Shown in pieces: positions 32,943 to 41,611 of a stretch of DNA of 64,000 bases. The notes beneath the pieces are model-generated. The model did no database searches, was not told where the DNA came from, and was given only the letters and a program-made list of their open reading frames with translations. This stretch comes from an uncultured Acidimicrobiales bacterium. GTDB taxonomy: Bacteria; Actinomycetota; Acidimicrobiia; Acidimicrobiales; SHLQ01. The stretch's first letter is position 1, and each line of letters begins with the position of its first letter. The DNA lies in NCBI GenBank assembly GCA_964517125.1, contig CAZFBD010000006.1:27429-91428 (forward strand), written 5' to 3'. Both the position numbers and the translations under genes were made by a program.

Positions 32943-33470
32943 ATGGGAAAGAAGACGACGCTAACCCGATTCAACCCGCTGGCTACGATGCCGCTTCACA
33001 CGGTGGTTCGAGTGGAAGGCGATATCGAGACCGCTCTCGGTTACTACCTAGTCGACGAGCGAGGAGCCTTCGGGGCGCTGGCTTCCGCCTTCGTTCCGGG
33101 CCATGAGGAATGCCGCTCGTGCATCCGTGATGAAGACGTGGAGTGGTTGCTCGTCAAGGTCGCTCTCTACGGCGTCTCGGCTACTTCGGTCCACGAAGTC
33201 CACGGCCAAGAGCACTCTGTGACCCTGGACGGCTTTCGAGGCCACTTCTTCAACGACCGCAAGGACGCCGAAGAGTACATCGTCCTCAACGTCTCGGCGC
33301 GAGAGGATATCGAGGCGGAGGTAAAGGCGGAGGTCCTCGGTCCTAGGGAATGCCCCGGATGCTACGAAGAGGGCGACGATTGCGGTTGCTGGGATTGCAC
33401 CGACTGCGGCCTACTCAACCCTCAAGGCGACCCGTGTCAGAACGGTTGCCCGGATCCGACCTTCAACTAG
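32943..33470 (+). CDS. hypothetical protein with C-terminal Cys cluster
   Basis: Track ORF. GGAAGGAG ribosome site. C-terminal ECPGCYEEGDDCGCWDCTDCG...CQNGC. Confidence 0.6.
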   Translation: MGKKTTLTRFNPLATMPLHTVVRVEGDIETALGYYLVDERGAFGALASAFVPGHEECRSCIRDEDVEWLLVKVALYGVSATSVHEVHGQEHSVTLDGFRGHFFNDRKDAEEYIVLNVSAREDIEAEVKAEVLGPRECPGCYEEGDDCGCWDCTDCGLLNPQGDPCQNGCPDPTFN

Positions 33471-33479
33471 GAGATCGAG

Positions 33480-33632
33480 ATGGAGCAGCTAGAGAGCCTT
33501 CCGAAGTGCTGTTGCCGATGGGGTTCGGCTCGGTCGGGCGAGTGGCCCGAGTTTCAGTGCCGAGGATGTCAGGTCCACATCGAGGACCTAATGGTTTCGA
33601 GGTCTTGCGCTCGCCACAAAGCCGAGTCTTAG
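33480..33632 (+). CDS. small Cys-rich protein (50 aa)
   Basis: Not in the track. AGGAG 6 nt upstream of ATG 33480. Translates MEQLESLPKCCCRWGSARSGEWPEFQCRGCQVHIEDLMVSRSCARHKAES. Preferred over the off-frame track ORF 33350..33646. Confidence 0.5.
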   Translation: MEQLESLPKCCCRWGSARSGEWPEFQCRGCQVHIEDLMVSRSCARHKAES

Positions 33633-33641
33633 GAATTTGTA

Positions 33642-33679
33642 ATTAGGGGTTGACGTAATCACGACGACGGAGCTAGGGT
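33642..33679 (+). promoter_or_regulatory. conserved extended promoter
   Basis: attAGGGG-TTGACG(33650-33655)-18 nt-TAGGGT-7 nt-ATG 33687. Confidence 0.65.
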
Positions 33680-33686
33680 TGTGGCT

Positions 33687-34250
33687 ATGGAAACTCATCT
33701 AGAAGACGGCAAGATCAACTACGTACTCGAAGAGGCGGCCGACGGTACCTATACCGTTTCGAGCTTCGACCTAGCGAGCGACTCAACCAGCAACCACGGC
33801 AAGACCGAGGCGGCGAGCATCCCCTCCCTCATCACGGCGACCGTTATTGGCCAAGCCCTAGCAGAGTCGTGCATTGTCCCGGAGGGCGTCTTTATCCCTC
33901 CGGCAGCCGAAGAGGTAGAACTCGTCTACGGCGGCGACCGCTCGAAGCCAGCCTTCGGTTACGAGGTCCGACGAATCCAGGTCAACGAGAAGATGGGCAA
34001 GGCAACGATCGCCTTGGTCGCTCCCGACGGGACTTTCATCGCGGAGTCCAAGGGCAAGCGAGGCTACTCCGCTACTCACGTCGTCTTGGTCTACTATCCC
34101 GGCGACCGGTTCCCGGTCCTCTTCTCGATATCGAAGAGCGCCGAGTCAGCGGGCAAGACGCTGGATACTGAACGTAGCCGTTACTGCGCCTTCCGACCGA
34201 AGTCGGAACAAGAGCAATTCAAGGGATGGGTAGTTCCGGTCCAGTACTGA
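33687..34250 (+). CDS. hypothetical protein, leaderless
   Basis: Track ORF 33681..34250 (GTG) trimmed to ATG 33687, 7 nt after the -10. Confidence 0.6.
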   Translation: METHLEDGKINYVLEEAADGTYTVSSFDLASDSTSNHGKTEAASIPSLITATVIGQALAESCIVPEGVFIPPAAEEVELVYGGDRSKPAFGYEVRRIQVNEKMGKATIALVAPDGTFIAESKGKRGYSATHVVLVYYPGDRFPVLFSISKSAESAGKTLDTERSRYCAFRPKSEQEQFKGWVVPVQY

Positions 34251-34316
34251 GATCTTCGGCTAGAGCAGCCGAGAGCAAGAAGAAGAATCATCAAGCGAAC
34301 CAAGGAGATTGGAATC

Positions 34317-34967
34317 ATGAAGATGTTGCAGGTAATTCTAGGAAGCCCGAGCGGGCGAGGAGAATCGGAAGCGGTTAAGGAGATCCGCGAAGATACGAGC
34401 GGACTCGTGAGGACGCTTCGACTCTTTCAAGCGTTGTTCCTCCTGGCCGGTCTCGGGTCGGTCGCCGGTAACTTCATGGCAGCGGAGCCGAGCCTCGCAA
34501 GTCGAGTCGTCTTCGTCGCCCTCCCCCTCACGGCGATCATCATGGTCGAGGCGGCCCAGTTCCGTCATCGGTCTCGATTCGCCGAAGAGACGAGCCGGAT
34601 CGATTGGCCGCAGATCGGCGCTTGGGCGATAACGCTTGTAATCGCCGGGAAGTCCGTAAGCCATATCTACGCCTGGGGCGACGCGGTGGGTCTCGGAACC
34701 TACGGAGCGGCCGTGCTGGTCTTTATGATCGACGGCATCGCCGCCCTTGCGCTTATCCGGATGAAGACGATCCGAACTCAGATGGGCTTCAACGATCGAC
34801 TCATCGTTTGGGTCAAGGCGATCGAGTCCGCCGAGCGCAAGGCGAAGAGCGAGGCTACGAGGGCCAAGCGGCGAGCCGCCCGGAAGCCGAAGGCCGCCAA
34901 GGGCAAGACCGAGCCGTCGGTCGATAAGCCTGAACCGCTCAAGCTCGTAGAAGCGGAGACGTCGTGA
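34317..34967 (+). CDS. multi-pass membrane protein with Lys/Ala-rich basic tail
   Basis: Track ORF. AAGGAG ribosome site. Four hydrophobic segments, then KAKSEATRAKRRAARKPKAAKGK. The architecture recalls DUF2637-type proteins (recollection only). Confidence 0.6.
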   Translation: MKMLQVILGSPSGRGESEAVKEIREDTSGLVRTLRLFQALFLLAGLGSVAGNFMAAEPSLASRVVFVALPLTAIIMVEAAQFRHRSRFAEETSRIDWPQIGAWAITLVIAGKSVSHIYAWGDAVGLGTYGAAVLVFMIDGIAALALIRMKTIRTQMGFNDRLIVWVKAIESAERKAKSEATRAKRRAARKPKAAKGKTEPSVDKPEPLKLVEAETS

Positions 34968-35182
34968 GTAGCTTCGCCATAGTCGCAATCAATCACGACG
35001 GCGATTGCGAGGGATGTCTAGAGTCCGCCGTCAACGCTCGGGCGATGGCCCGAACCTCCGGAGCGGTCCGCAGCTCCCACTCCGACGGCCGGGGCCACGG
35101 GGCCACCGTCGAGCGAGGGGAGGACGTCCTCCCGGAACGGTCTAACGAGGGATTCACGCTCTTGAAGGGAGCCACGCAATGA
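34964..35182 (+). CDS. hypothetical protein
   Basis: Track ORF, GTGA overlap. Confidence 0.5.
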   Translation: MSSFAIVAINHDGDCEGCLESAVNARAMARTSGAVRSSHSDGRGHGATVERGEDVLPERSNEGFTLLKGATQ

Positions 35183-35526
35183 TCGAACCTATTCGAGTCC
35201 TCATCCAGCCAGAGATGCTTACCGGCCTCGCCAAGGCCCGAATGCGAGTCGAGCGAGGGGAGGCCAAAGAGGTCTCGGTAAACAACCTCGCCTACCAAGC
35301 GTCGGTTCAGTCAGCGCTCCCGTTCCTCGCTTGCCTAGTTCCGGATGCGGTCGCCGTCGAGGAAGACGGTAATCATCCTTGGCTCGTCGCTCTTGGGAAC
35401 TTCGCTATCCAGTCGAAAGATTCGCAATGGGACGACGTAGCCGAGCAGCACGTAAGCGAGAAGCTCGCCGTCTACCTCAACGGAGTCCAGTCGGCGAAGG
35501 ACGCTGAGCGGAGGATGGCAAGGTGA
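35179..35526 (+). CDS. hypothetical protein
   Basis: Track ORF, ATGA overlap. Confidence 0.6.
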   Translation: MIEPIRVLIQPEMLTGLAKARMRVERGEAKEVSVNNLAYQASVQSALPFLACLVPDAVAVEEDGNHPWLVALGNFAIQSKDSQWDDVAEQHVSEKLAVYLNGVQSAKDAERRMAR

Positions 35527-36113
35527 GTCGAGTGGTCGATAGCGATCCGATCTTGGCTTGGCTCTTCGAGGTCATGGCCAAAGAGGGCGAGGAGATGAGC
35601 GACGACGAGATAGCCGTCTTCCAGGAGATAGCGAACTACCGTTGCGGCCAGCTATCGGAGGTACCGCCCGAAGGGGAAACGAACGGCGAGCTTCTCGCCA
35701 CGGCGGCCCCGAAGCCGGTAGACCCGTTGTGTGTCGAATGCAACGGCGATCTCCGGTGGCATATCACGCTCGCCTCCGGGGGGATTCCGGGAGACGTCGA
35801 GCCGATGCTTTGTCAGCGTTGCGTTCACTGCAAGAAGACGGGAGCAACGGTCCGGCCCGGTCCCGTAATGAACCACCTAATCAACGGCGGCTCCTTCCGA
35901 GCGAAGACCGTCGTTGTTCTTAGGACCGAGGTCTCCAACGTCTTCGCCTACGCCATCGAGCTAGAAGACGGGACGCCGGTCCACTCCTTCGGAGAGGTCG
36001 AGTCTGGGACCAAGGCTGAGCCGATCGTTCCCACGAAGAGCGACGCGCTGGAGGCCGTCGTAGCGGAAGGCTTCGGTATAGCCGCCGAGTACGTAGTCCT
36101 AGGGGCGAGATGA
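35523..36113 (+). CDS. zinc-ribbon protein
   Basis: Track ORF, GTGA overlap. Cysteine pairs CVECNG...CQRCVHC. Confidence 0.55.
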   Translation: MSRVVDSDPILAWLFEVMAKEGEEMSDDEIAVFQEIANYRCGQLSEVPPEGETNGELLATAAPKPVDPLCVECNGDLRWHITLASGGIPGDVEPMLCQRCVHCKKTGATVRPGPVMNHLINGGSFRAKTVVVLRTEVSNVFAYAIELEDGTPVHSFGEVESGTKAEPIVPTKSDALEAVVAEGFGIAAEYVVLGAR

Positions 36114-36442
36114 CGAATCCGTGCCACGTAGCCGATTCGCAATGCCTCATGCCAGCGAACCACCCGAACCCGAAGCGGTTGCGGACCCGTTGCGTCTCTT
36201 GCGGTAATGGGGTTTGCGTTGCTTGCTCGATCCTGACGAAAGCTAAAGACCTGCCCGTCAAAGGTCGATGGTGCGGCGCTTGCCTCGATTCAAGAACGAG
36301 GGTCGTCTTCGATCCGATCTTGGTCCGCTACTGGTATCACCAGGTCTCGCTAGCCGGTTACTCGCCGGGCGATCAATCGAGTGAGGACCAAGTAAACGAT
36401 TGGATCGAAGGCCGCAGGCGGGAGCTATCTAGAAGAATCTAG
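36110..36442 (+). CDS. Cys-rich protein
   Basis: Track ORF, ATGA overlap. Cysteine motifs CVSCGNGVCVAC and WCGAC. Confidence 0.6.
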   Translation: MTNPCHVADSQCLMPANHPNPKRLRTRCVSCGNGVCVACSILTKAKDLPVKGRWCGACLDSRTRVVFDPILVRYWYHQVSLAGYSPGDQSSEDQVNDWIEGRRRELSRRI

Positions 36443-36452
36443 ATAAATCTGT

Positions 36453-36490
36453 AAATAGGGGTTGACGTATTCGGTACGGCAAGGCATGAT
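36453..36490 (+). promoter_or_regulatory. conserved extended promoter
   Basis: aaatAGGGG-TTGACG(36462-36467)-17 nt-CATGAT-6 nt-ATG 36497. Confidence 0.7.
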
Positions 36491-36496
36491 AAGTAC

Positions 36497-36727
36497 ATGA
36501 ACAGCAACGGAATCAAGAACCTCTTCTACTCGGCACCGGACGGCAGGATCTTCCGGGCAATCACTCAAGGCGAGGACCTCATGGGCCTCTCCGTCAAAGC
36601 CTCAACCAGGGCTCGCAAGTACAACTTCGTACTCGCCGGAGGAACCACCTCGACCCTCCTCGACTTGGTCGCTCAGAACGGCTGGACCGGCATTGAGCCG
36701 ATCGAGTCCGACGTCCTCGCCGACTAG
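36497..36727 (+). CDS. hypothetical protein, leaderless
   Basis: Track ORF. ATG 6 nt after the -10. Confidence 0.65.
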   Translation: MNSNGIKNLFYSAPDGRIFRAITQGEDLMGLSVKASTRARKYNFVLAGGTTSTLLDLVAQNGWTGIEPIESDVLAD

Positions 36728-36734
36728 AAATTCT

Positions 36735-36773
36735 TAATTAGGGGTTGACGTATTGACCCCTAGGAAGTAGCTT
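36735..36773 (+). promoter_or_regulatory. palindromic promoter variant (TTGACGTATTGAC)
   Basis: TAGGGGT-TGACGTATTG-ACCCCTA inverted arms. TTGACG(36745-36750)-17 nt-TAGCTT. About 55-nt leader, AAGGAA site, ATG 36833. Confidence 0.6.
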
Positions 36774-36832
36774 GTAATCAAGAGATCGAGACCGGCTTAA
36801 GAAATCGGCTCGCCAACAAACCAAGGAACCCC

Positions 36833-37060
36833 ATGTATCAGATTTCAGAATTCGTAAGTCTCACCAGCGCAACCGGTCACTACTCCCGGTTCGCCAACCA
36901 GGGCGGAAGTCTTTCGACTCTCCGACTGAACGAGGTAACCACGCAGCCCGAATTTGAATGCGGCTGCGGCGCTCGCAATTGCGGTTGCGACTCTTGGCTC
37001 GACGATCTCCGGACGTCAGCCGAGCAGATGCGATCCTCCACACGAGGGCGGATCGCCTAG
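36833..37060 (+). CDS. hypothetical protein
   Basis: Track ORF. AAGGAA ribosome site. Confidence 0.6.
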   Translation: MYQISEFVSLTSATGHYSRFANQGGSLSTLRLNEVTTQPEFECGCGARNCGCDSWLDDLRTSAEQMRSSTRGRIA

Positions 37061-37072
37061 GAGCGAGAGCTA

Positions 37073-37101
37073 CGGGAGCGTCGGCTAGGTCGGCGCTCCC
37101 G
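37073..37101 (+). terminator. hairpin terminator
   Basis: CGGGAGCG-13 nt-CGCTCCCG followed by GCTTTCATC. Confidence 0.45.
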
Positions 37102-37127
37102 GCTTTCATCTAGCGAAGGACTCAACC

Positions 37128-37472
37128 ATGATGACTACGGAACAACCGAATCTCATAGGCTTCGAAGAAGTCCCGGTCGGCTCGACGGTCCTTACCGACG
37201 TCACCTACCCAAACCAATCGATCAAGGTCGGCTTTACTCGGGTAGACGAAGACGCGTGGTGGATCCTCTCCGACGCTCGTACCGAGACCGGCCATCCCCT
37301 CCCCCTCGACAAAGTTCTACTAGAGATCGTCGGACCTCTCGGCGAGAGCTTCTTCTACGAGCGTGGTTGGATTCCAACCCTCGGAAAGCTCTTCGTCGCT
37401 CAAGTCCAGGTAGGCGATTCCTACGTCTACAAGATCTGGCCCTCCGACGGGCCGCTTGAAGTCCAGCCCTAA
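37128..37472 (+). CDS. hypothetical protein
   Basis: Track ORF. GAAGGA ribosome site. Confidence 0.6.
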   Translation: MMTTEQPNLIGFEEVPVGSTVLTDVTYPNQSIKVGFTRVDEDAWWILSDARTETGHPLPLDKVLLEIVGPLGESFFYERGWIPTLGKLFVAQVQVGDSYVYKIWPSDGPLEVQP

Positions 37473-37519
37473 CGTAGCTAGGGTTTACCTAAACCGTACG
37501 TCTCTCGAAAGGATCGACC

Positions 37520-38068
37520 GTGCAGATTACAGATTTAGTCGGCGAAGTCCGGGGCCAAGAATTCCGGACAACTCTCCTCCGGGAGGATGAAGAGGCAGCA
37601 ACGGTTACCTACCGAGTCGATTGGGTCGGCACTTCGGCAACGACCGAAGTCGAGGGAGCGTTCCCCCACACGACCGATCAGCTCATCACGGCCGGAGAGT
37701 TCGGAGCCAAGACGCTCATGGGCTCGATATCCGGACCGGCGATCGTCGATCACCTCACGACTGTACGGAAAGAGACCGAAGGATTCCGAAGCTCGGTAGC
37801 TGGCCTAGCCGCTCTCTTCGGCTCGACGGCTCTCCGGCTTCGAGAGATCTACGACGTCAAAGACCTAACCGGCCAGGGCGTCATTCTCGCTCTTGAGTCG
37901 GTGCAAGAATACCTTGATCCCGGCTCCGCCGAGAAAGCAAGGGAAGCGGCTCGCTCGGAAGAGGAGTCGTCCGCCGACGATCGCGACTCGGAGGTAGACG
38001 TTACCGCCGACGACTCCTCCGAGTCGATGATCGATCTGGACTTCGATACGGGAGAACTCAGCCAATAG
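37520..38068 (+). CDS. hypothetical protein with acidic C-terminus
   Basis: Track ORF, GTG start with AAAGGA upstream. Confidence 0.6.
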   Translation: MQITDLVGEVRGQEFRTTLLREDEEAATVTYRVDWVGTSATTEVEGAFPHTTDQLITAGEFGAKTLMGSISGPAIVDHLTTVRKETEGFRSSVAGLAALFGSTALRLREIYDVKDLTGQGVILALESVQEYLDPGSAEKAREAARSEEESSADDRDSEVDVTADDSSESMIDLDFDTGELSQ

Positions 38069-38227
38069 AGATCACGTCTGGGGCTAGAAGCCGCATATCC
38101 GAGGCCCGACGGGCCAGTCTTGCCAAGCGGGGATGAGCCGCTAGCAAGGCTTAAGCCGAGCTAGCTCTCGGTGAAAGGGCGGCCACGGGGCACAGGTTCC
38201 GCCTCGCTTTGAATACCAGACATCTAC

Positions 38228-38304
38228 GCTCCGGCCGGACCGTCCGCCGTCGAATGAGTTGCTAACTGGGAGGTTGCAGCGAACTTCGAGGTTCCGGCCG
38301 GAGC
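38228..38304 (+). terminator. long-loop hairpin (11-bp stem) within a structured gene-free region
   Basis: GCTCCGGCCGG (38228-38238) pairs with CCGGCCGGAGC (38294-38304). Confidence 0.35.
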
Positions 38305-38340
38305 TATCCAAGCGAACCACCAACGAAAGGAACCAGAGCT

Positions 38341-38700
38341 ATGGAAGACGAGTTCGAGGTAAGCGACATCTATACGGTTTCAGCGCTCAACCGTCACCTA
38401 CCAGACTTCCCCGATCACCTCCTTTGGGCGACCTTCGATCCGAGCGGCCTCGACCTTAAGGTCTGGCTCTCCACCTACGGTCAAGGCCGTCCCTCCCTCG
38501 AAGCCGCGTGCGTAGCCCATTGGAGATCTCACGAGCACGGCGTTAGGAGCGACTCGATTATCGCCGCCTACGAGTCCGACTTTGGTTGGCGCTGGTGGTT
38601 CTTGAGCGACCTCGGTACGGCGCTCGACCCGATCGATCAACCGGACCTCTCGTTTCTCCCTCCGCTGCAGGTCTACCGCTGGAAGATGAAGCCCAAGTAA
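38341..38700 (+). CDS. hypothetical protein
   Basis: Track ORF. AAAGGA ribosome site. Confidence 0.6.
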   Translation: MEDEFEVSDIYTVSALNRHLPDFPDHLLWATFDPSGLDLKVWLSTYGQGRPSLEAACVAHWRSHEHGVRSDSIIAAYESDFGWRWWFLSDLGTALDPIDQPDLSFLPPLQVYRWKMKPK

Positions 38701-38704
38701 TCTG

Positions 38705-39268
38705 ATGAGCGATGATTCGGGATACGACGAAGTGAGGTCCGACGGCCAGCCAGGAAAGCGAGGCGTCGACTTCCCGGCTCCGCACTGGGGCTACTACTAC
38801 TTCGAGCGGAGACCGAGACCTTGGGTCCGACCGTTGGACTTCTTTAAGGCGTTTCTTCACCGGTCTTTGGCGGGGGAAGCGTTCCGATGGTTTGTCGGCT
38901 ACCGATGGTTTGTCGGCTACTGCGGCGTAACGGTCGACCGTGCGATGCGGTTCTCGTCTCACGCCGAGCGCTCGAAGTGGTTCCCGAATATGGACGAAGC
39001 CGGAGTCTATATGTGGGAGATAATCGACGACGGCAGGCCGATGCTCACGGCGGAGGCAACGGACCTTTGGGAGCGAGCGGCGATACGGAAGATCGTCCCT
39101 CTCCACAACATCAAGATGAACGACCGGCGAGATCGGAAGACTCCTCGACCGGTTCGGTTTCGACACGTAACGCCGTCGGCGCAACGGAGCGTCGATCGAT
39201 TCGCTATGACCTTCATCGTCTTTCAATCCCTAACGATCGCCGCCTTGATAGCGATCCTTGCCATCTAG
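38705..39268 (+). CDS. C-terminally membrane-anchored protein
   Basis: Track ORF. C-terminal TM FIVFQSLTIAALIAILAI. Contains an in-frame 18-bp tandem duplication (RWFVGY x2). Confidence 0.55.
   Translation: MSDDSGYDEVRSDGQPGKRGVDFPAPHWGYYYFERRPRPWVRPLDFFKAFLHRSLAGEAFRWFVGYRWFVGYCGVTVDRAMRFSSHAERSKWFPNMDEAGVYMWEIIDDGRPMLTAEATDLWERAAIRKIVPLHNIKMNDRRDRKTPRPVRFRHVTPSAQRSVDRFAMTFIVFQSLTIAALIAILAI
38885..38920 (+). repeat. 18-bp perfect tandem duplication inside a CDS
   Basis: CGATGGTTTGTCGGCTAC x2 (38885-38902 and 38903-38920). Confidence 0.9.
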
Positions 39269-39283
39269 AGAGAGGAACCGAGT

Positions 39284-39799
39284 ATGAACCTCACCGAAGA
39301 AATCAGGAATCTGGTCTCCCCACCGAAGGGGACGGCCCAAGAATTGGCTAACGTCCGCGCTGCTATCGAGATCCGAGACCGTCGAATCAACGGCTTAAAC
39401 CGTACGGTCGAGCGCCTGGAGAAGAAGAAGACGGAGCTAGAGGAAGAGGTTGCTCGGCTAGCCGACGCGCTCCACGAGACCGAAGGTCGCCTCCTACGGG
39501 AACAGGACAAGCACATGCCGAGCGCCGATGAAGAAGTAGTCCGGCGAGTCGATCAACACAAGGTCCTCATCGCGGAGCGGAGCCGGAGCAAGATCCTGAG
39601 TATTCATCCGGCGTGGAACCTCCTTGCCGAAGAAGGGCCGATGACGATGGCCGAGATCCGGACGGCGCTACCCGACGCCAAGAACACGAAGGCGTTTGTC
39701 GATCGAGGGGTGGAGATCGGTATCCTCGCAACCGAAGGTCGGCCAAAGAAATTCGACGTCTCGGATTCCTTCAAGCCGTCCGACGCCGAAGAGGAGTAA
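39284..39799 (+). CDS. coiled-coil protein with C-terminal winged-helix-like segment
   Basis: Track ORF. AGAGGAA ribosome site. Heptad-like RRINGLNRTVERLEKKKTELEEEVARLADAL. Confidence 0.55.
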   Translation: MNLTEEIRNLVSPPKGTAQELANVRAAIEIRDRRINGLNRTVERLEKKKTELEEEVARLADALHETEGRLLREQDKHMPSADEEVVRRVDQHKVLIAERSRSKILSIHPAWNLLAEEGPMTMAEIRTALPDAKNTKAFVDRGVEIGILATEGRPKKFDVSDSFKPSDAEEE

Positions 39800-39804
39800 G
39801 CGGG

Positions 39805-40083
39805 ATGTTGATAACGCTCGGGATCATAGCGATAGCCGCTCTAGCGGTAGCGATAGGAACGGCTACGGCTTTCTTCCTTAGCCGCGAGAAGCCGGGTCCG
39901 GTCAATTGGGTAGCGACGGTATTCATCACGTCGGGAGAAGACGGCGAGTTCCGTTCGCTGGAGGGCTCGACTACGAGCGAGGCTTACGCTCGTGCCGAGG
40001 TCCTCGCCAACCTCCAGGAGCTACGCTCGGAGTATCAAGACGTGGCGCTGATCTCGTGGCTCGTGGCAGACCGTAGGCTCTAG
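39805..40083 (+). CDS. small membrane-anchored protein
   Basis: Track ORF 39613..40083 trimmed to ATG 39805. N-terminal TM LITLGIIAIAALAVAIGTATAFFL. Confidence 0.55.
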   Translation: MLITLGIIAIAALAVAIGTATAFFLSREKPGPVNWVATVFITSGEDGEFRSLEGSTTSEAYARAEVLANLQELRSEYQDVALISWLVADRRL

Positions 40084-40112
40084 CCGGTTAGGCTACGCTA
40101 TTCCCTTAACGG

Positions 40113-40129
40113 CTGGCGACCTATGATTG
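40113..40129 (+). promoter_or_regulatory. CTGGCGACC..ATTG motif, copy 2 of 3 (at portal start)
   Basis: taaCGGCTGGCGACCtatgATTG. Shares the 12-mer CGGCTGGCGACC with 55391-55402. Confidence 0.3.
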
Positions 40130-41611
40130 GCAAGGGCAAGAATCTTGAAAGTCTCGGATCTTAGGCGAGCCAGCGTAGTAACTACGAAGCCTTCTCTCAC
40201 AGCCCAGACCTCCGCCAACCGGGTAACGGCCGCTGTGTCGAGGCCGATCGCCAACCGTCGACGCTCGGTAGTTCGACGGAGGTTCGACGGCAAGTCCTCC
40301 CAAGAGCTAGTCCGGATCTACGACGAAGACGGACCGAGTTGGGTAGGCCAGTTTCTCGACGACCACGCGGATCTAGTGGCCCTTATGCGCTTCCGGGTTC
40401 AGGTCTGGTCGAGCGAGACCGGCGCTTACCAGTGGGTCGACATGCCTTCTATCGCCTCGATCCTCGAAGCGAACCTAATCGGCTACCAGGCCGAGCGGGT
40501 GGCGGACTTCGTTCGGATGCTTGCTCGGGAAGTCCTCGCCGTAGGAGAAGCGGCTCTCGTCGAGTTCTCGACTCCCTTCGGTCCTCGCTGGCGAGTTCTT
40601 CCCTTGGACCCAGGGAGCTACGTCGTCGTCGATGAAGACCCTAAGTCGAAGGAACCGCTCCGGCTTGGCTGGCCTACCGAGCCCGGAGCCACGAGCAAGG
40701 ACGGCGCTCCGGCTTGGGTTGAGGCGAACCACGACAAGATTTGGCGTATCTATCGCCCGAATCCGCGCTTCGTTCGAGCGGCGATGTCTCCGCTTTGGAG
40801 AGCGCTCCCGGACGTCCGTCGATTCGATATCGCTACCCGCTCGCTTCACCGGCTAGCAGCGAGCACGCTCCGACTAAACAAGATCCTGGTCCTCAAGGGG
40901 AACCTAAAGGACCTCGGCGTGACCCATCCCAACGGTCAAGAGGAGCTAGGTCCGCTCGGTCGTCAGCTCGACGACTTCCTTTCGGCCTCAGACCGGCGAG
41001 CGCAAGACTACGCCGAAGACGACCTAACCTCGACGATCCCCGGAATCTGGATCTCGGAGGAAGACAACCCGATCGAAGTCGTCGACGCCGGGCCGGTAGT
41101 GGATCCGGAGCTAGTGGGTCTCAAGCTCGACGCTTTGACCGATGCGGCGAGAGGCTTGCCCGGTCCGCTCTCGGCGCTGATCGAAGGCGAAGGAGCGGCG
41201 ACTCGTCTCCTCAACGACGACAACCTTCGGACGGCGATCCACCAAGCGCTTCGACCGATCGCCTCGGTGGTAGCCCACGGACTCACGGTTGCGGTCTTGC
41301 ATCCGAACCTTCCGGAGAGTATCGAGATCAACGGAGCGGCGGTCCCTCGACAACTCTTCCGAGTCTGGCCGGATGAACTCTTCCTCACCTCGGAGGCTCC
41401 GGTCTTCGGCGACATCAAAGCAGCGGCCGACGCTGGCTACATAACCGCCGTCCCGGTACGAGAGGCGCTCGACCTAAGCGAGCACGCTCCTCAACTCCCT
41501 CCCGGAGTTTCCGAAGAGGAGTACCGACTCCAACTAGCTACGGCGAAGGGAAGGCGAAGCGCTGCGGTAGACGTGGAGGAGTGGTTAAGCGATAAAGACT
41601 CCGAGCTATGA
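40127..41611 (+). CDS. portal protein
   Basis: 494-aa track ORF, directly followed (ATGA overlap) by a MuF-like gene. Size and context are typical of a portal. The TTG start is uncertain because there is no in-frame ATG near the 5' end. Confidence 0.6.
   Translation: MARARILKVSDLRRASVVTTKPSLTAQTSANRVTAAVSRPIANRRRSVVRRRFDGKSSQELVRIYDEDGPSWVGQFLDDHADLVALMRFRVQVWSSETGAYQWVDMPSIASILEANLIGYQAERVADFVRMLAREVLAVGEAALVEFSTPFGPRWRVLPLDPGSYVVVDEDPKSKEPLRLGWPTEPGATSKDGAPAWVEANHDKIWRIYRPNPRFVRAAMSPLWRALPDVRRFDIATRSLHRLAASTLRLNKILVLKGNLKDLGVTHPNGQEELGPLGRQLDDFLSASDRRAQDYAEDDLTSTIPGIWISEEDNPIEVVDAGPVVDPELVGLKLDALTDAARGLPGPLSALIEGEGAATRLLNDDNLRTAIHQALRPIASVVAHGLTVAVLHPNLPESIEINGAAVPRQLFRVWPDELFLTSEAPVFGDIKAAADAGYITAVPVREALDLSEHAPQLPPGVSEEEYRLQLATAKGRRSAAVDVEEWLSDKDSEL

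Noticed and set aside
33350-33646. 98-aa track ORF.
   Set aside because: R/L/G-rich off-frame translation overlapping the end of 32943..33470. The 50-codon ORF 33480..33632, with an AGGAG site, explains the interval better.
38141-38323. 60-aa minus-strand ORF.
   Set aside because: It lies entirely in the hairpin-rich non-coding region and has no start signals.
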